DNA of 64,000 nucleotides, from the NCBI GenBank assembly GCA_001179505.1, contig CDMY01000022.1:62001-126000 (forward strand). The letters run 5' to 3'. The notes under the pieces were generated by a model. That model was not told the origin of the DNA, ran no database searches, and saw nothing but the letters and a program-made list of their open reading frames with translations. This document shows, one piece after another, positions 1-13,861 of the stretch; position 1 is the first letter of the stretch, and every line of letters starts with the position of its first letter. Position numbers and translations under genes: made by a program. This DNA is from Vitrella brassicaformis CCMP3155 (lineage: Eukaryota; Protista; Chromerida).

Positions 1-860
1 CAGGCACTCGAGTGCACACACGGTAGCTAGTCTGCAGCACAGGAAACCTAAATTCATGACAACACGTTTATCGGCGGCATGCATATGGAACGAACGGGTG
101 AGCGAGGGAGGCAGCCGGTGTGTGTGTTTATGTATGTAGTGGTGATCAGTGATTATATACGAAACGGCTGGACAATCATCGGTCGGCCACATGCGGGGAT
201 GGATGGATGGACTGTGGGTCGTCGCCACACACACACAGACAGACTGGGTCAATGGGTGGGTGGGTGGGTGGGTCGGTGGGTGGTGCGTGCACATACAAGT
301 GAGACGTGTCGGTCAACGAAAATTGATTTGAGATGAAAGGGAGGCAGACACAAGTGCGTTTCGCGCTGCTTGAATATGCTTATATGCTGTCTCAAGAGCG
401 TTCCATCTCGCGACCAGTGTCCTTATTCCTGCTCGGATCGCAACACGCGGGGGTGGCTCGAACAGGAGGAAACCCGACGTGTCCTGCTCGACCGTCGCGT
501 TTGCTCGTCCTCGAGCGGCCCGCCCCCCGCACGTCACTCAAGGCACAGCACACATGCACCCAAACCTCACGTTGCCTTCTGCCTGCCTCCTCCCTCCCTC
601 CCTCCCTCCCTCTTGCCGTGAATCGAATCAGTCAAGCCAGTAGTCTGCCCAGCTGTGCCTGCCTAAAATTGCCGCTCAGCAGACAGCACCTGACCAGCAA
701 ATCGGCCCGTGGCCAAACGACGCCAACGTATTTTCCTCCAGTCGGGGCCTCGGTTGCACAACCGAGGTGCCCTCTCGCAGTTCGCTGTACACCAACACAC
801 ATGGGCGCTCGGACGGTCGTGAAAAGGGTCACAGTAGACCCGGCAGCCACGGCACACCAA

Positions 861-1406
861 TCAGCTGGTGAGGTCGAGTCTGCCCTCCTCCTTGGCTCGA
901 GCCACAAGGTACTCGATGGCGCTGCGGACGAAGTAAAAGTTGGAGCTCTCATAGTCGTCCTCAGGGATAGTGATGTCAAGCTCCTCCTCAACCCTGCAGC
1001 ACACACACAGACGGACACACACACGGTGGCATGCAATGCCACGCAGTGGGGCGCTGCACTGCAACTGGTTGTGCAGGTGACTTCCCCCTCCCTCTCCCTC
1101 TCCTGCCCACCTTGCGAGCGCCTCAACCTGCCCGACACTATCGAGCATGAGGTCGAAGTTGATGTGGTCCTCCTCGCTGATCTCGTCGACGCTCTTGCAC
1201 GACACGTCGGCCAGCACCTCCTTGACAGTGATGACGATGTCAGACTCTCGCAGCACCGGCTTGCTGCTCGTTGCTGCCAGAAGCCTCAGATGCGTCGGTC
1301 GAGGGGGCGAGGGAGGGGAGGGGATGAAAGATGGAGCCGCCGCCGCATCAGAAAGGCTCAGGATAGAGAGGAAAGAGGAGAGAATCAGATGCACGATGGA
1401 GACCAT
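861..1406 (-). CDS. Plastid-targeted acyl carrier protein-like, divergent (2 exons: 1406-1111, 993-861)
   Basis: Signal peptide plus transit peptide (MVSIVHLILSSFLSILSLSDAAAAPSFIP). After splicing GTGGGC...CTGCAG the core reads FDLMLDSVGQVEALARVEEELDITIPEDDYESSNFYFVRSAIEYL, an ACP fold with the Ser of the D-S-x phosphopantetheine site intact. Confidence 0.8.
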   Translation of the reverse strand: MVSIVHLILSSFLSILSLSDAAAAPSFIPSPPSPPRPTHLRLLAATSSKPVLRESDIVITVKEVLADVSCKSVDEISEEDHINFDLMLDSVGQVEALARWAGEGEGGGSHLHNQLQCSAPLRGIACHRVCVRLCVCCRVEEELDITIPEDDYESSNFYFVRSAIEYLVARAKEEGRLDLTS

Positions 1407-1578
1407 GTTGAGTCACGTCACCATGGGGGACCACGGAATGCTGGATGTCTCTCAAGCACGCGCGGGGGGAAGGGAAAAAAAGGAAACAGGAAGGCCACGT
1501 ACGACGGCATCGGGATGCCTTGAGGCTTTAATGCGGTTCGGGAATGAATGCTCTCCGAGATCTCCGCCAGCTGCAGGC

Positions 1579-3175
1579 ATGGCAGCGCCGCTGCTGAGCG
1601 CTCTCATCTGGTCCCTCGTCATCTGCCGCTGTGCAGACGCCTACCTCTCCCCTCTCCCTCAGATCATGATGCCGCGACTCATCCCGCGACGACCCGCCTC
1701 GCTGACTGTCCTCCAGCAGCAGCAGCCGCCTGTGAATGAACCAGGTGACAACTGGCTGGCCGACAGGGAGACGGTCGTCAAGGCGGCGCTGATCCGTGAC
1801 ATTATCGACCATTATGAGGCGGCGAGTGAGCTGGATCCGTTTGACACTTCGCCGATCCAGAAGGAGCTGCAGCTCTTCACCAAGGGCAAGCTGTACGAGA
1901 GCGTCATGATCAAGGCCCAGGACAACCAGCGCACCAAGCCGCGGCGGCTCGAGAAGCTCAAGCAGATCGACAAGAGGATACTGCGGTATATCAAACCCAT
2001 CCGCAGCAGGAACGCCAGGATGAAGGTCGAGCGCATCATCAGGGCGCTCCAGGCAAGCAGGGACACACACACACACACACATATATATGTGTGACGTGTG
2101 TGTCTATGTGTGTGTATGCGTGTGTGCAGGAGGGTGCGGGCAGCGTCGATCTGGAGCTGGAGCGGATGATGGAGGCGGGGGCGTTCGACTCGAACCTGAT
2201 AGACTACCTGGACGAGACCATCCAGCGGGCCAGCGGCCTCAGCGGCAACGAACAACACGACGCACTCACCGCCGCATTCCTCAAAAACATCAAACTCAGG
2301 TACGTGTGTGCGTACGTGTGAATGTGTGTAATGGGTGCAGGTGCGCACAGCCAGCCAGACAGAAAGAAAGACAGACATCACTCAACGACGGCGGGCGGGC
2401 GGGCGGGCGGGAGGGAGGGAGGGAGGGGAGACCATCTGCTTGCTTTTCTGGGCAAATGTCATCCATATGTGTGCGCAGGATCTTGGCAGAAGTGCAGATG
2501 ACTGGGAAGGGCAATGAGCGATACGTGCGCACACTGGCGTTCGGCAAAAAGGTCAGTCAGGACGACGGAACGGGACGGGAGAAAGAAGAACACCAATGTG
2601 ATGTGATCTTGTGTGTGGTCGGTGCAGATTGACAACAAGCACCAGAGGAGGGAATTCATGCAGGTAAACGAACGAACACCGGCACCGGCAAAGGCTTGCT
2701 TGATTGCGGCTTCGATTGGCCGCCTGTCTGTCTGTCTGTCTATCTATGTCGCTGTGTGCGGTGTGTGTATTCCGTCCCCCTCAGCAATCGATCGGCAGGA
2801 TAGAGGGCCTGGAGGAGTTCAAACAATTCCTCCAGGAGGCCATCCAATACAACGGTCAGTCAGTCATGGATGGATGGATGGAGGGAGGGAGGGAGGGAGG
2901 GCGAACTACCTGACAACACACACACACAAACGCCTGTCTGTCTTTCTGTCTGTCTGTGTGTCCATCGATCAGAGCACAGCGACAAGCCCATCTTCAGCGA
3001 CTCAGAGGTATCGCGGATCCGGGAGATGATAGCCGACTGCGACCTCATCAACCCCCTCATCACCAAGCCGCGCGTCGACTTCCCCGGCATGCACGGCGCA
3101 GACAACCCTCTCAACGAGGCAGAGGACAGGCCCTACTCGTTCCCAAGACCAGCACCGCGGCAAGCCGCCGGCTGA
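1579..3175 (+). CDS. Hypothetical plastid-targeted protein (about 6 exons; first intron GC-AG, 2053-2129)
   Basis: MAAPLLSALIWSLVICRCADAYLSP is a bipartite leader. Exons chain in phase (...RALQ|EGAGSVDLEL...IKLR|ILAEVQ...GKK|IDNKHQRREFMQ|DRIEGLEEFKQ...|EHSDKPIF...QAAG*). No family recognised. Confidence 0.75.
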
Positions 3176-3382
3176 GAGAGTGAGGGAGTGAGCCAGCGAC
3201 ACAGCCAGAGAAGGACGGAGCGAGACAGGGGAGGGAGGGAGGGAGGGATGCGTAGTCATGAGGCTGCATGTGTGTGTCGATAAGCAAGGTGGATGTATGC
3301 TTTTAAGGGTCGGCGGCAAACTGGCAAGATGCTGGTGTGACGTCAAATGATATTTTGCGGGTGGGTACGCAATGCGGGTTCA

Positions 3383-3521
3383 AAACCCTACAACCTGACA
3401 AACCTCAACCAACACCTTCAAACCCCAACCCAGACGATTTGAACCCAAGGCGCTGAGCTCGCAGATCCCAAGGCAGATCTCGAGGCATCCTCAGCCTTGT
3501 TTTCTTTTGGCTGAGGATGCC
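3383..3521. other. Structured non-coding element: AACCC(T)-like repeats, short direct repeats and a perfect 13-bp hairpin
   Basis: Clustered aaaaccct/aaacct/aaacccc/aaccc motifs at 3383-3448; cccaaggc x2 and gcagatc x2; inverted repeat ggcatcctcagcc (3484-3496) / ggctgaggatgcc (3509-3521) around a 12-nt T-rich loop. Confidence 0.6.
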
Positions 3522-4301
3522 ATCGGCTTCCCCTTCCTCTGGGGGTCATGTTGGTCCTCGTCCGGTCCTCGTCCGTGCCCATTTGGCTGTGGTTGGCGTC
3601 TCCGATCTTTCCTCGTGATGCTGCCCGCCGCAGCTCATCATACCGCTCAGCCTTATTGGCTCTTCCTCTGGCGTCCTTCTCGCCCCCCCGGCACGCTCTC
3701 CCACATCCCCCCGAGCCTCAATTGGGTCTCCATCGTGAAGATCTGCTTGACGACGCCGTCTCAGCGGACCGACGTGACGAGAACTGCCCTCGCTCCTGCC
3801 TGGGACATGCGGCTTCCCCCCCGTCCCCGTTCGTCAGGGTGTGCTGAACCGCTGGTGTTGCCGTGGTGAAGCTGCAATGATGCTTGCGTAGGGATGGGAG
3901 GGCATCTGCTTTATTGCATGGTTCGCTTGTTGCACTGGCACCGTGATCATGATGTGCTCTGTGTGGTGTGGGTGGAGGCGGTCTGTCATGTCTTGTCATT
4001 TGGATGGTCTCTGTGTCTGAGGTAGCCATCACGTGAGGTCGCACGCCGCCATGTCTTTTCTTTTGCGTGCACATGATTACGCGTGTGGTTATACTTCGGC
4101 GTGCCTCTGTGTATTGAGACCAGACTCCTGTCATTCATGGTGCTGCCTCTGTCCGTCTGTGGGACCCTTCTTGCCTCTGTCTGTCTAGCTTGCTTCCCCC
4201 GCCTTCCCCCTGCCTTTCATGTCCTCGTGCTCATCATCTTCGTTTGAGTGCTTGGTGGTGGGGGTGAAGCGGCTGGTGATGTCTTGTCATTGGTGTGGTC
4301 T

Positions 4302-4601
4302 NNNNNNNNNNNNNNNNNNNNNNNNNNNNNNNNNNNNNNNNNNNNNNNNNNNNNNNNNNNNNNNNNNNNNNNNNNNNNNNNNNNNNNNNNNNNNNNNNNN
4401 NNNNNNNNNNNNNNNNNNNNNNNNNNNNNNNNNNNNNNNNNNNNNNNNNNNNNNNNNNNNNNNNNNNNNNNNNNNNNNNNNNNNNNNNNNNNNNNNNNNN
4501 NNNNNNNNNNNNNNNNNNNNNNNNNNNNNNNNNNNNNNNNNNNNNNNNNNNNNNNNNNNNNNNNNNNNNNNNNNNNNNNNNNNNNNNNNNNNNNNNNNNN
4601 N
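4302..4601. other. Assembly gap (N run)
   Basis: 300 N. Confidence 1.
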
Positions 4602-5229
4602 GAAGGGATGGAGTGCACCTTAGGTATTGTCTATCATATGTTGCAGGGCCTCATGGCCTGACTAACTGTTTCCTTCTCTCTCCCTTTGCTATCTTCCTCT
4701 CTTCCTTCCCTATGGGTCCCGTGTGTGTATGGTGGTGTATTCATGTGATTGGCTGATTGTTGCTTTGGTGGTTCAGAGGGCGCTCATTTTTCTACTTCCC
4801 CCTTCTGGCTTCTGTACACTTGCCATGGCTCTTGCTGGGCGACAGCGCCCGTTCTTGTGTATGTAGCCGGAATCGGTGTTTGTCAATGTTCTATAAGGCA
4901 GCCAGTGCTCTCTGTTGCCATCTGTTTGTCCGCCGGTGCCAGTGCAGGGAGGGGTAGACAGGCCGTGTGCATGCTTTGCATGTACATGCTGCTAGTTTAG
5001 TGCGTGAGACAACAGGATCCCTCCGGGGTTACAGACACGAGTCTCGTTAAACACACTAACCAACCAACCACTGGCACGACCGCACAAGCAAAAACACACG
5101 TAAGCACGTGGCAGGGAGCAGCAGGACACCTACATCTTCTCCTTGACATTGATTGATGTCTATTGCGCATGTGTGCAGGCATCGCATCTGTCACTGAGTT
5201 CCAGACCCGCCCGGCTTTCCATTTCATCG

Positions 5230-5837
5230 ATGGCACCGTCTGTGGCGTTTGTCGCCCTCTTGCATCTCTCGCTGAGCACGGCGTTCTGCCCTCCCCACGC
5301 CACACACATACGCACACGCCTCACCCCACCCCAGCCACTCCTCTCCCACACACAAGGGGACCAGACCAATGTAAGGCAACGCACACGCGCCTGGCACACA
5401 CAGACATGGAAAGCATCGCTGTCACGGCTGTGCTGTGCTGTGCTGTGCTGTGTTGTGTTGTGTGTGTGTGACCATCCATCTATCCCTCCCTCCCTCAATT
5501 GACCATATGTCAGGCGCTGGCCAAGTATGGCCACCTTCAGGCTGAGATCGACGCCTTGAAGCGGAAGGAGGCCGAGATCATGGGGGTGATCGGGGGGGAG
5601 CAGAAGGACACGCTGCTGTCGTTCTTCCCGTGGCGCAAGATCCTCTACGCCAACCAGCTGAGGGAGATTGAGAAGGAGATCGACTGGCGCAGGGAGGAGC
5701 AGCGCCAGCTGCAGATGGTATGTATATATGGTCATTTCTGCGGCCAACAAGAGGGAGGGACACGGCTGTGTGTGTGCCTGCGTGTGTGTGTGTGTGTGTC
5801 TTCTCAGGAGTACTACGAATTGTTGCCAAGCGAGTGA
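5230..5837 (+). CDS. Small plastid-targeted coiled-coil hypothetical protein (exons 5230-5370, 5514-5717, 5808-5837)
   Basis: MAPSVAFVALLHLSLSTAFCPP has a signal peptide with an AF cleavage motif. Phase-0 GT-AG introns give ...GDQTN|ALAKYGHLQAEIDALKRKEAEI...RQLQM|EYYELLPSE*. Confidence 0.7.
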
Positions 5838-6619
5838 CTGGACACGTACACACACATCTAATCTGGGTTGGGTGCTCGGATGAGATGAGACTTCGGTGCA
5901 GGGCAGAGGCAAAGAGACGAGGGCGTATGTTGCTTAGGAAGAGATTGGTATCGTATCTATTAGATAGATTGATGAGTGAGGGAGCCAAGAGGGAGAGCGT
6001 CCCTCCCTCAACGAAACACGACAAGACTGAGTGGATCGATCAGTAAGGAAGGTGGGATGGGCCGGCCGGGGAGTGCGTGGAGCCACCGGATGGTTTGCTT
6101 GTTTTTCCGACTGACATCTTTTGTACATACGTCTGTCTATCTGTGTGTGTATGTGTCTGTATGGGTCACAGAGAGAGGGAGAGAGAGAGAGAGAGAGAGG
6201 AGCCACACGCACGACGCCTACTTAGTCAGTGGCTGTCTGTGTGGCCTTGAGCTTTTTCCTATCCTCTGCCTGCGACTGACTGAGCGAGAGAGAGAGGGAG
6301 AGAGTTGCCGGCTCGATCTTTTTGGTTCTGACATGTCATGTGTGTACCGTAGGTATGTGGCGAATACGAGCTCGGGGCAGAGACCCCCAGACGGACAGAC
6401 ATGAGTGAGTGTAGCTAACTCTTTTTCCGTCCCGACACACACGAGCGCTCATTGATTGATTCATCGACACGGCGCGATGCAATCAGTGTCCTCTCCGCCA
6501 CACAAGCGATTGAATGTACACCTTGAATGTATTGTATCCACAGCCACAAACGCGTCACGAAAGCAGACAGACCAGATCGTCCCTAGCTGCAGCCATATCC
6601 ATCCATCGGTTGGCCTCAG

Positions 6620-8531
6620 TCAGTCGGAGTGCCTCTCCCCCACTCCCTCAAGCGAAGAGGAGGTGGACTGCGGGGCCAAAGAGTCGACGACACTGCCGTG
6701 CTCATCTCCTCCTGCTGCTGGGGGGCCGGGGGCCGACGATGGTGGCGGGACTGAGGTGGGCTGGCCGGCGTGGGAGATGGTCTTGTAGATGCCCATCGCC
6801 TGGGCGACCTGACACACGCACACCACACACGCGAGACAGACAGACAGACAGACAGGGATGGATGGATCCATGTGTAGGGAGCTGCGTGTCAGTGAGGGAA
6901 AGAAGGTACCATCGATGCGGGGTCTGAGGCGTTGGCGGGGATGATCATAGTGGAGCCCTCCTTGGCTATCCGACTAAAGGCAGCCACGTACTGCACATAC
7001 GCACACACAGACACACACACACACGCACATGTCTGCCTTCTGTGAGTGGGGTGTGTGTGCCTGCCTGTTCTGCGATCCTGAGTGCGACTGCGTCCCGTCC
7101 GCCCGACTGGAGGATGGCCTTGGAGAGCTGGTTGATGCCGTCGGCTGTGGCCGTGGCGCGCTGCCTTATCGCCTCGCCCTCACCCTGAACCACACACACA
7201 CACACACAGCATCTGTGGGGGGGCAGCGTTGCTGGCTGGCGGGCTGGCTGACCTCTGCTTGTAGTATGACGGATCTGCTGCGGCCCGTGGCGATGTTGAT
7301 CTCGCTCTCGCGCTCGCCCTCACTCTGCACACATGACACACACCATCCATCCGCTGATCCATTGATCTGTACCAATTCACCCGCACGCCCACCTGCAGGA
7401 TCTCTGCTCGTTTCCTCCTCTCGGCTTCCGCCTGGACGGAAGCGATCCAGACAGACAGACAGACATATGTCGTCTGTCTGTCTGTCGGTCGGTCGGTCTG
7501 TCTGTCTGTATGTCTTTGGGGTCGGTCGGCTCACCTCCATTTCCATGGCGTGGCGGACACTTTTCGGGGGCACGATGTCACCTGGACCCCGCAGGCAAGC
7601 GAATCGACGCCATGTCATGCAGCCGCTGCCTGTCTTTGTGTGCGCTGTGTACTGCTTACGGATTTCGTATCTCATGCACTTGATGCCCCAGGAAGACGCT
7701 GCATCGTTGATGGCCTGACACACACAGACAGACACACACACACACGCATAAGGGCTTCATTCGGTGCCTGATGGCCCTCCATCTAGCAGCATACCTGGAC
7801 AATGCCGAGGTTTAGCGAGTCCCTCTCTTGGAAGGTCTTATCGAGCGTCAGCTTGCCTGCATCCATCCATCCATCCATCCATCCATCCACACGGCACACA
7901 CAGGGACGAATGGACGGCCTTGCTCTTTCCTGCACTGCCCCCACCCACCCAGCTCTGAGCGCATCGTGGTCTGGGCGAGCTGAGCGATTCGATCAACACA
8001 TCAACCAACCGATGAATGGACGTGATCGCCTGCTCCCCTGCCCCCGGTCTGCTGTGCCCCTCCTCACCTGTGTGAGCGCATAGATGGGGCTCTCGACGCC
8101 ATAGGATGCCTCATAGGCATTGACAATCCTCACGTAAAGCACGCCGTCGATCTGTATCGTCACGTTGTCCTTCGTTATCGCAGTCTGACCACACAACACA
8201 CCAAACACACACACACACACACACACACGCACACTCTCTCTCTCTCTCTCTCTCTCTGCCTGCCAGTCAGACAGCCTGCCTGGTTGGGAATGGGTATGGC
8301 CTCCTCCTTGAGGTTGTGTATGTAAGATATCTTGTCGACCAGCGGTATGAGGAAGTGCAGCCCCGGCTCCAGCACCGTCTTGAACTTGCCGAACCGCTCC
8401 ACCACCCACGCCGTCTGCTGCGGCACCAGCACGAACCCAAAGTGGTGCACGTCGATGCGCTGTGAACGCTGCACTGAAGACGCGAAGCTGCGACCGAGTC
8501 GGAACGGGATCAGACCCATCAGGCTCGTCAT
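6620..8531 (-). CDS. STOML2: Stomatin-like protein 2 (SPFH/band 7, mitochondrial), multi-exon
   Basis: VLVPQQTAWVVERFGKFKTVLEPGLHFLIPLVDKISYIHNLKEEAIPIPNQ, TAITKDNVTIQIDGVLYVRI, LAQTTMRSEL, AINDAASSWGIKCMRYEI, SEGERESEINIATG; N-terminal presequence MTSLMGLIPFRLGRSFASS. Confidence 0.95.
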
Positions 8532-9312
8532 AGCTAATAGTGAGGGTGGGAGGGATTGATGGATGCCTTGGTTGTTGTCTTGGCAATTGTCTTGGCCGCC
8601 CCTTCGGAAAGACAAACAACTGGATGTGACAGATCTCAGAGATCTCTTCGAGCTGGTGGCCCTGCCGGCTTCCTGCGTGTGTGGGAGGCCTGCACGCGCC
8701 CTTTCTCTGCGTGGACAGTCGGCTCCCGAATTCTTCGGCGATCCATTTTCGGCTTAGCTCGCTGATCTTCGGCATTTCTCCCGCCCTTGGAAGGGGTGTT
8801 GGGATTTGAGTCAGAGCTGAATCAGAGGAAGAAGGTACAAAAGATCCATGACGACGGGAGCTGTGTGCGTGAATTGGTTTGGCAGATGCGTGTGTCGAGG
8901 AGGAGTCTAGTTAAGCTTACGGGTCCGTCGAGCAGCGCCGCACACAGACAGATCAGATGCACACACACAGACTGTCTGTGGTAGAGATTTCACTTCTCGT
9001 TTGTTCTGTAATGCATTCGATGCAGGCGTGATGAATGAGATGAGTGAGGTCCACGCACCTGCGGCTGCGGCAAGTCTGCACAGGGGGTGGCCCACAGTAC
9101 ACACACAATGGGTACGTGGGTGCGGTTCGGTGCGGTGGATACACATCGCATCCGCAGGCAGGCAGACAGGCAGACAGACACACAGACAGACGAACAGGCT
9201 GACAGACAGGCATAAGACGATGATTGAGGTCCCACCCACACGTGCGTCTGTCTGCATTGCCCACATCCTTTCATCTGTGTCGTGTGTGTCACTCACTGAC
9301 CGCATGGCATGC

Positions 9313-9880
9313 AGGACGGTGTACGGGCGATCGAGTGCCAAGTCTGACGGTGCCGATTCGGTGTATGAAGACTACGTGCTTGTCCCGGCCGCCCACGGGG
9401 TGACCGCTCACTCATTCGTCGTCCCCGTCAACAACACAGACGCACAAGTGGTCAGTCAGCACACCAACTAACCAAACCTGCCTGCCTGTTACATATGTAG
9501 CTGCATGCAGACGGTTTTGATGTCGTTCCGCAAGGATGGCGCCTGTGTTGTACCCTTCAAGATCGCCGGCCTCGACAAGTCCGTGACCGACCCCTCAGTC
9601 GTCGACCTGAACGAAAACGCGGCGCCGCGACCGATGGCCGACAAAAGTCTTCACCGGGGCGGCCCCTCCGCACTCCAATTCTCCCCCTCCCCGTCCTGGC
9701 GCCATGGCCACCTTCGCCGCCTACAATCATCTTCCCAGCCTCCCTGAGGAGCAGGCAGACATGGCCAAGCGATTGGTCGACGGCATCCGCCAAGCCAACG
9801 ACACGGCCGGCATGTCCGAGAGCAGCGGCCTGGACCCGTGGGAGGATCGACTCGCGAAGAACGTTTTTGTCGGCCCCGCA
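9313..9880 (+). pseudogene. Exon-like fragments of an unknown gene, probably frame-disrupted
   Basis: Exon-like blocks bounded by cag/gtcagt (TVYGRSSAK...NNTDAQV, then TVLMSFRKDGACVVPFKIAGLDK...). The coding-like frame switches to MATFAAYNHLPSLPEEQADMAKRLVDG near 9700. No clear start. Confidence 0.3.
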
Positions 9881-10406
9881 CACCCACCCACTGACTTACC
9901 ACCAGACACACAATCTCGAGGGTCTTCACTGGCCTCACGCTTCAGACAGGCAGACAGATAGGGTGCTCTTCGGAGCTGGCTTTGTCTTGTGAGAGGGTGT
10001 GTCTAAGGCGTGAATGCGACGAGACTTGACTGACAAGCTTTGTTCATGCAAGCAGACGTTGAATGGTCCACGCCTCATGTTGGCCACAATATCGGCCAGT
10101 TGAGGACTTACACTGACAAGACATTGCACAAGCTGACAAGACTTGCACGTGACACTTACAACTGCATCGGCACACAGAAGCTCGAGGCACGTGAATAACA
10201 AGGCAGATAAAAAGCCTCCACGCATCAGTCACATAAAAATCAGATGCAATCAGATAAACACCAGATGCAATAAATCCCCACCACACGACTACGTGCAAAC
10301 ACACCGACGCCCTCCACCCTCTCTGTCTGAATGTCTGGTTGATTCACAAATGCCATTTACCCCCCTTCACCCTCCCAACAATACACCGAGTGACTTGGCC
10401 TATCCA

Positions 10407-13558
<3,152 letters not shown>

Positions 13559-13568
<10 letters not shown>

Positions 13569-13662
13569 GCTCTCACGTCTAGTGGCTGGATGCCGGTGCC
13601 GATATCTGTGTCGCAACATGCTCTCACGTCTAGTGGTTGCATGCCGGTGCCGATATCTGTGT
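13559..13662. repeat. 51-bp tandem duplication (2 copies, 2 mismatches) at the CDC48-like start
   Basis: cgcaacatgctctcacgtctagtgg(c/t)tg(g/c)atgccggtgccgatatctgtgt repeated with period 51; it creates two in-frame ATGs (13568, 13619). Confidence 0.95.
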
Positions 13663-13719
13663 TACGTGACGGAGATCTTGGTAAGAAGAGCGGCAAAACC
13701 GGAAAAGGAGGCCAGAAGA

Positions 13720-13755
13720 AACCCTGAACCCCGGAACCCTGAAACCCGACCCTTC
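13720..13755. promoter_or_regulatory. AACCCT(GAA)-type motif cluster in the bidirectional intergenic region
   Basis: aaccctgaaccccggaaccctgaaacccgaccct lies between the divergent CDC48-RING and PUF6 starts. Similar motifs occur at ~3383, ~49476-49502 (reverse) and ~57491. Confidence 0.4.
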
Positions 13756-13861
13756 GCGGCGATCTACTCATGTAGCGCTTTCCTTTCTCATCTTTGCGCG
13801 AGTACACCAGGACGAGATCTGATGAGTGAGGACAGCCAGAGATCCCGCTGAGCATCAAATC

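Noticed and set aside
333-1523. 396-aa plus-strand ORF, and similar long antisense ORFs (19254-19946, 32004-32975, 37323-38333, 54000-55004, 60368-61525)
   Set aside because: Shadow ORFs opposite real GC-rich coding exons, with no independent motifs.
3507-4134. ORFs of 99-138 aa on both strands
   Set aside because: No motifs, splice structure or consistent codon bias.
4217-4756. ORFs spanning N runs (also near 28.7, 34.5, 44.9, 55.2 and 59.1 kb)
   Set aside because: They are open only because N codons contain no stops.
6620-8531. STOML2, ALG14, rpl17 and PUF6 as novelty candidates
   Set aside because: Ordinary conserved housekeeping genes with expected architecture.
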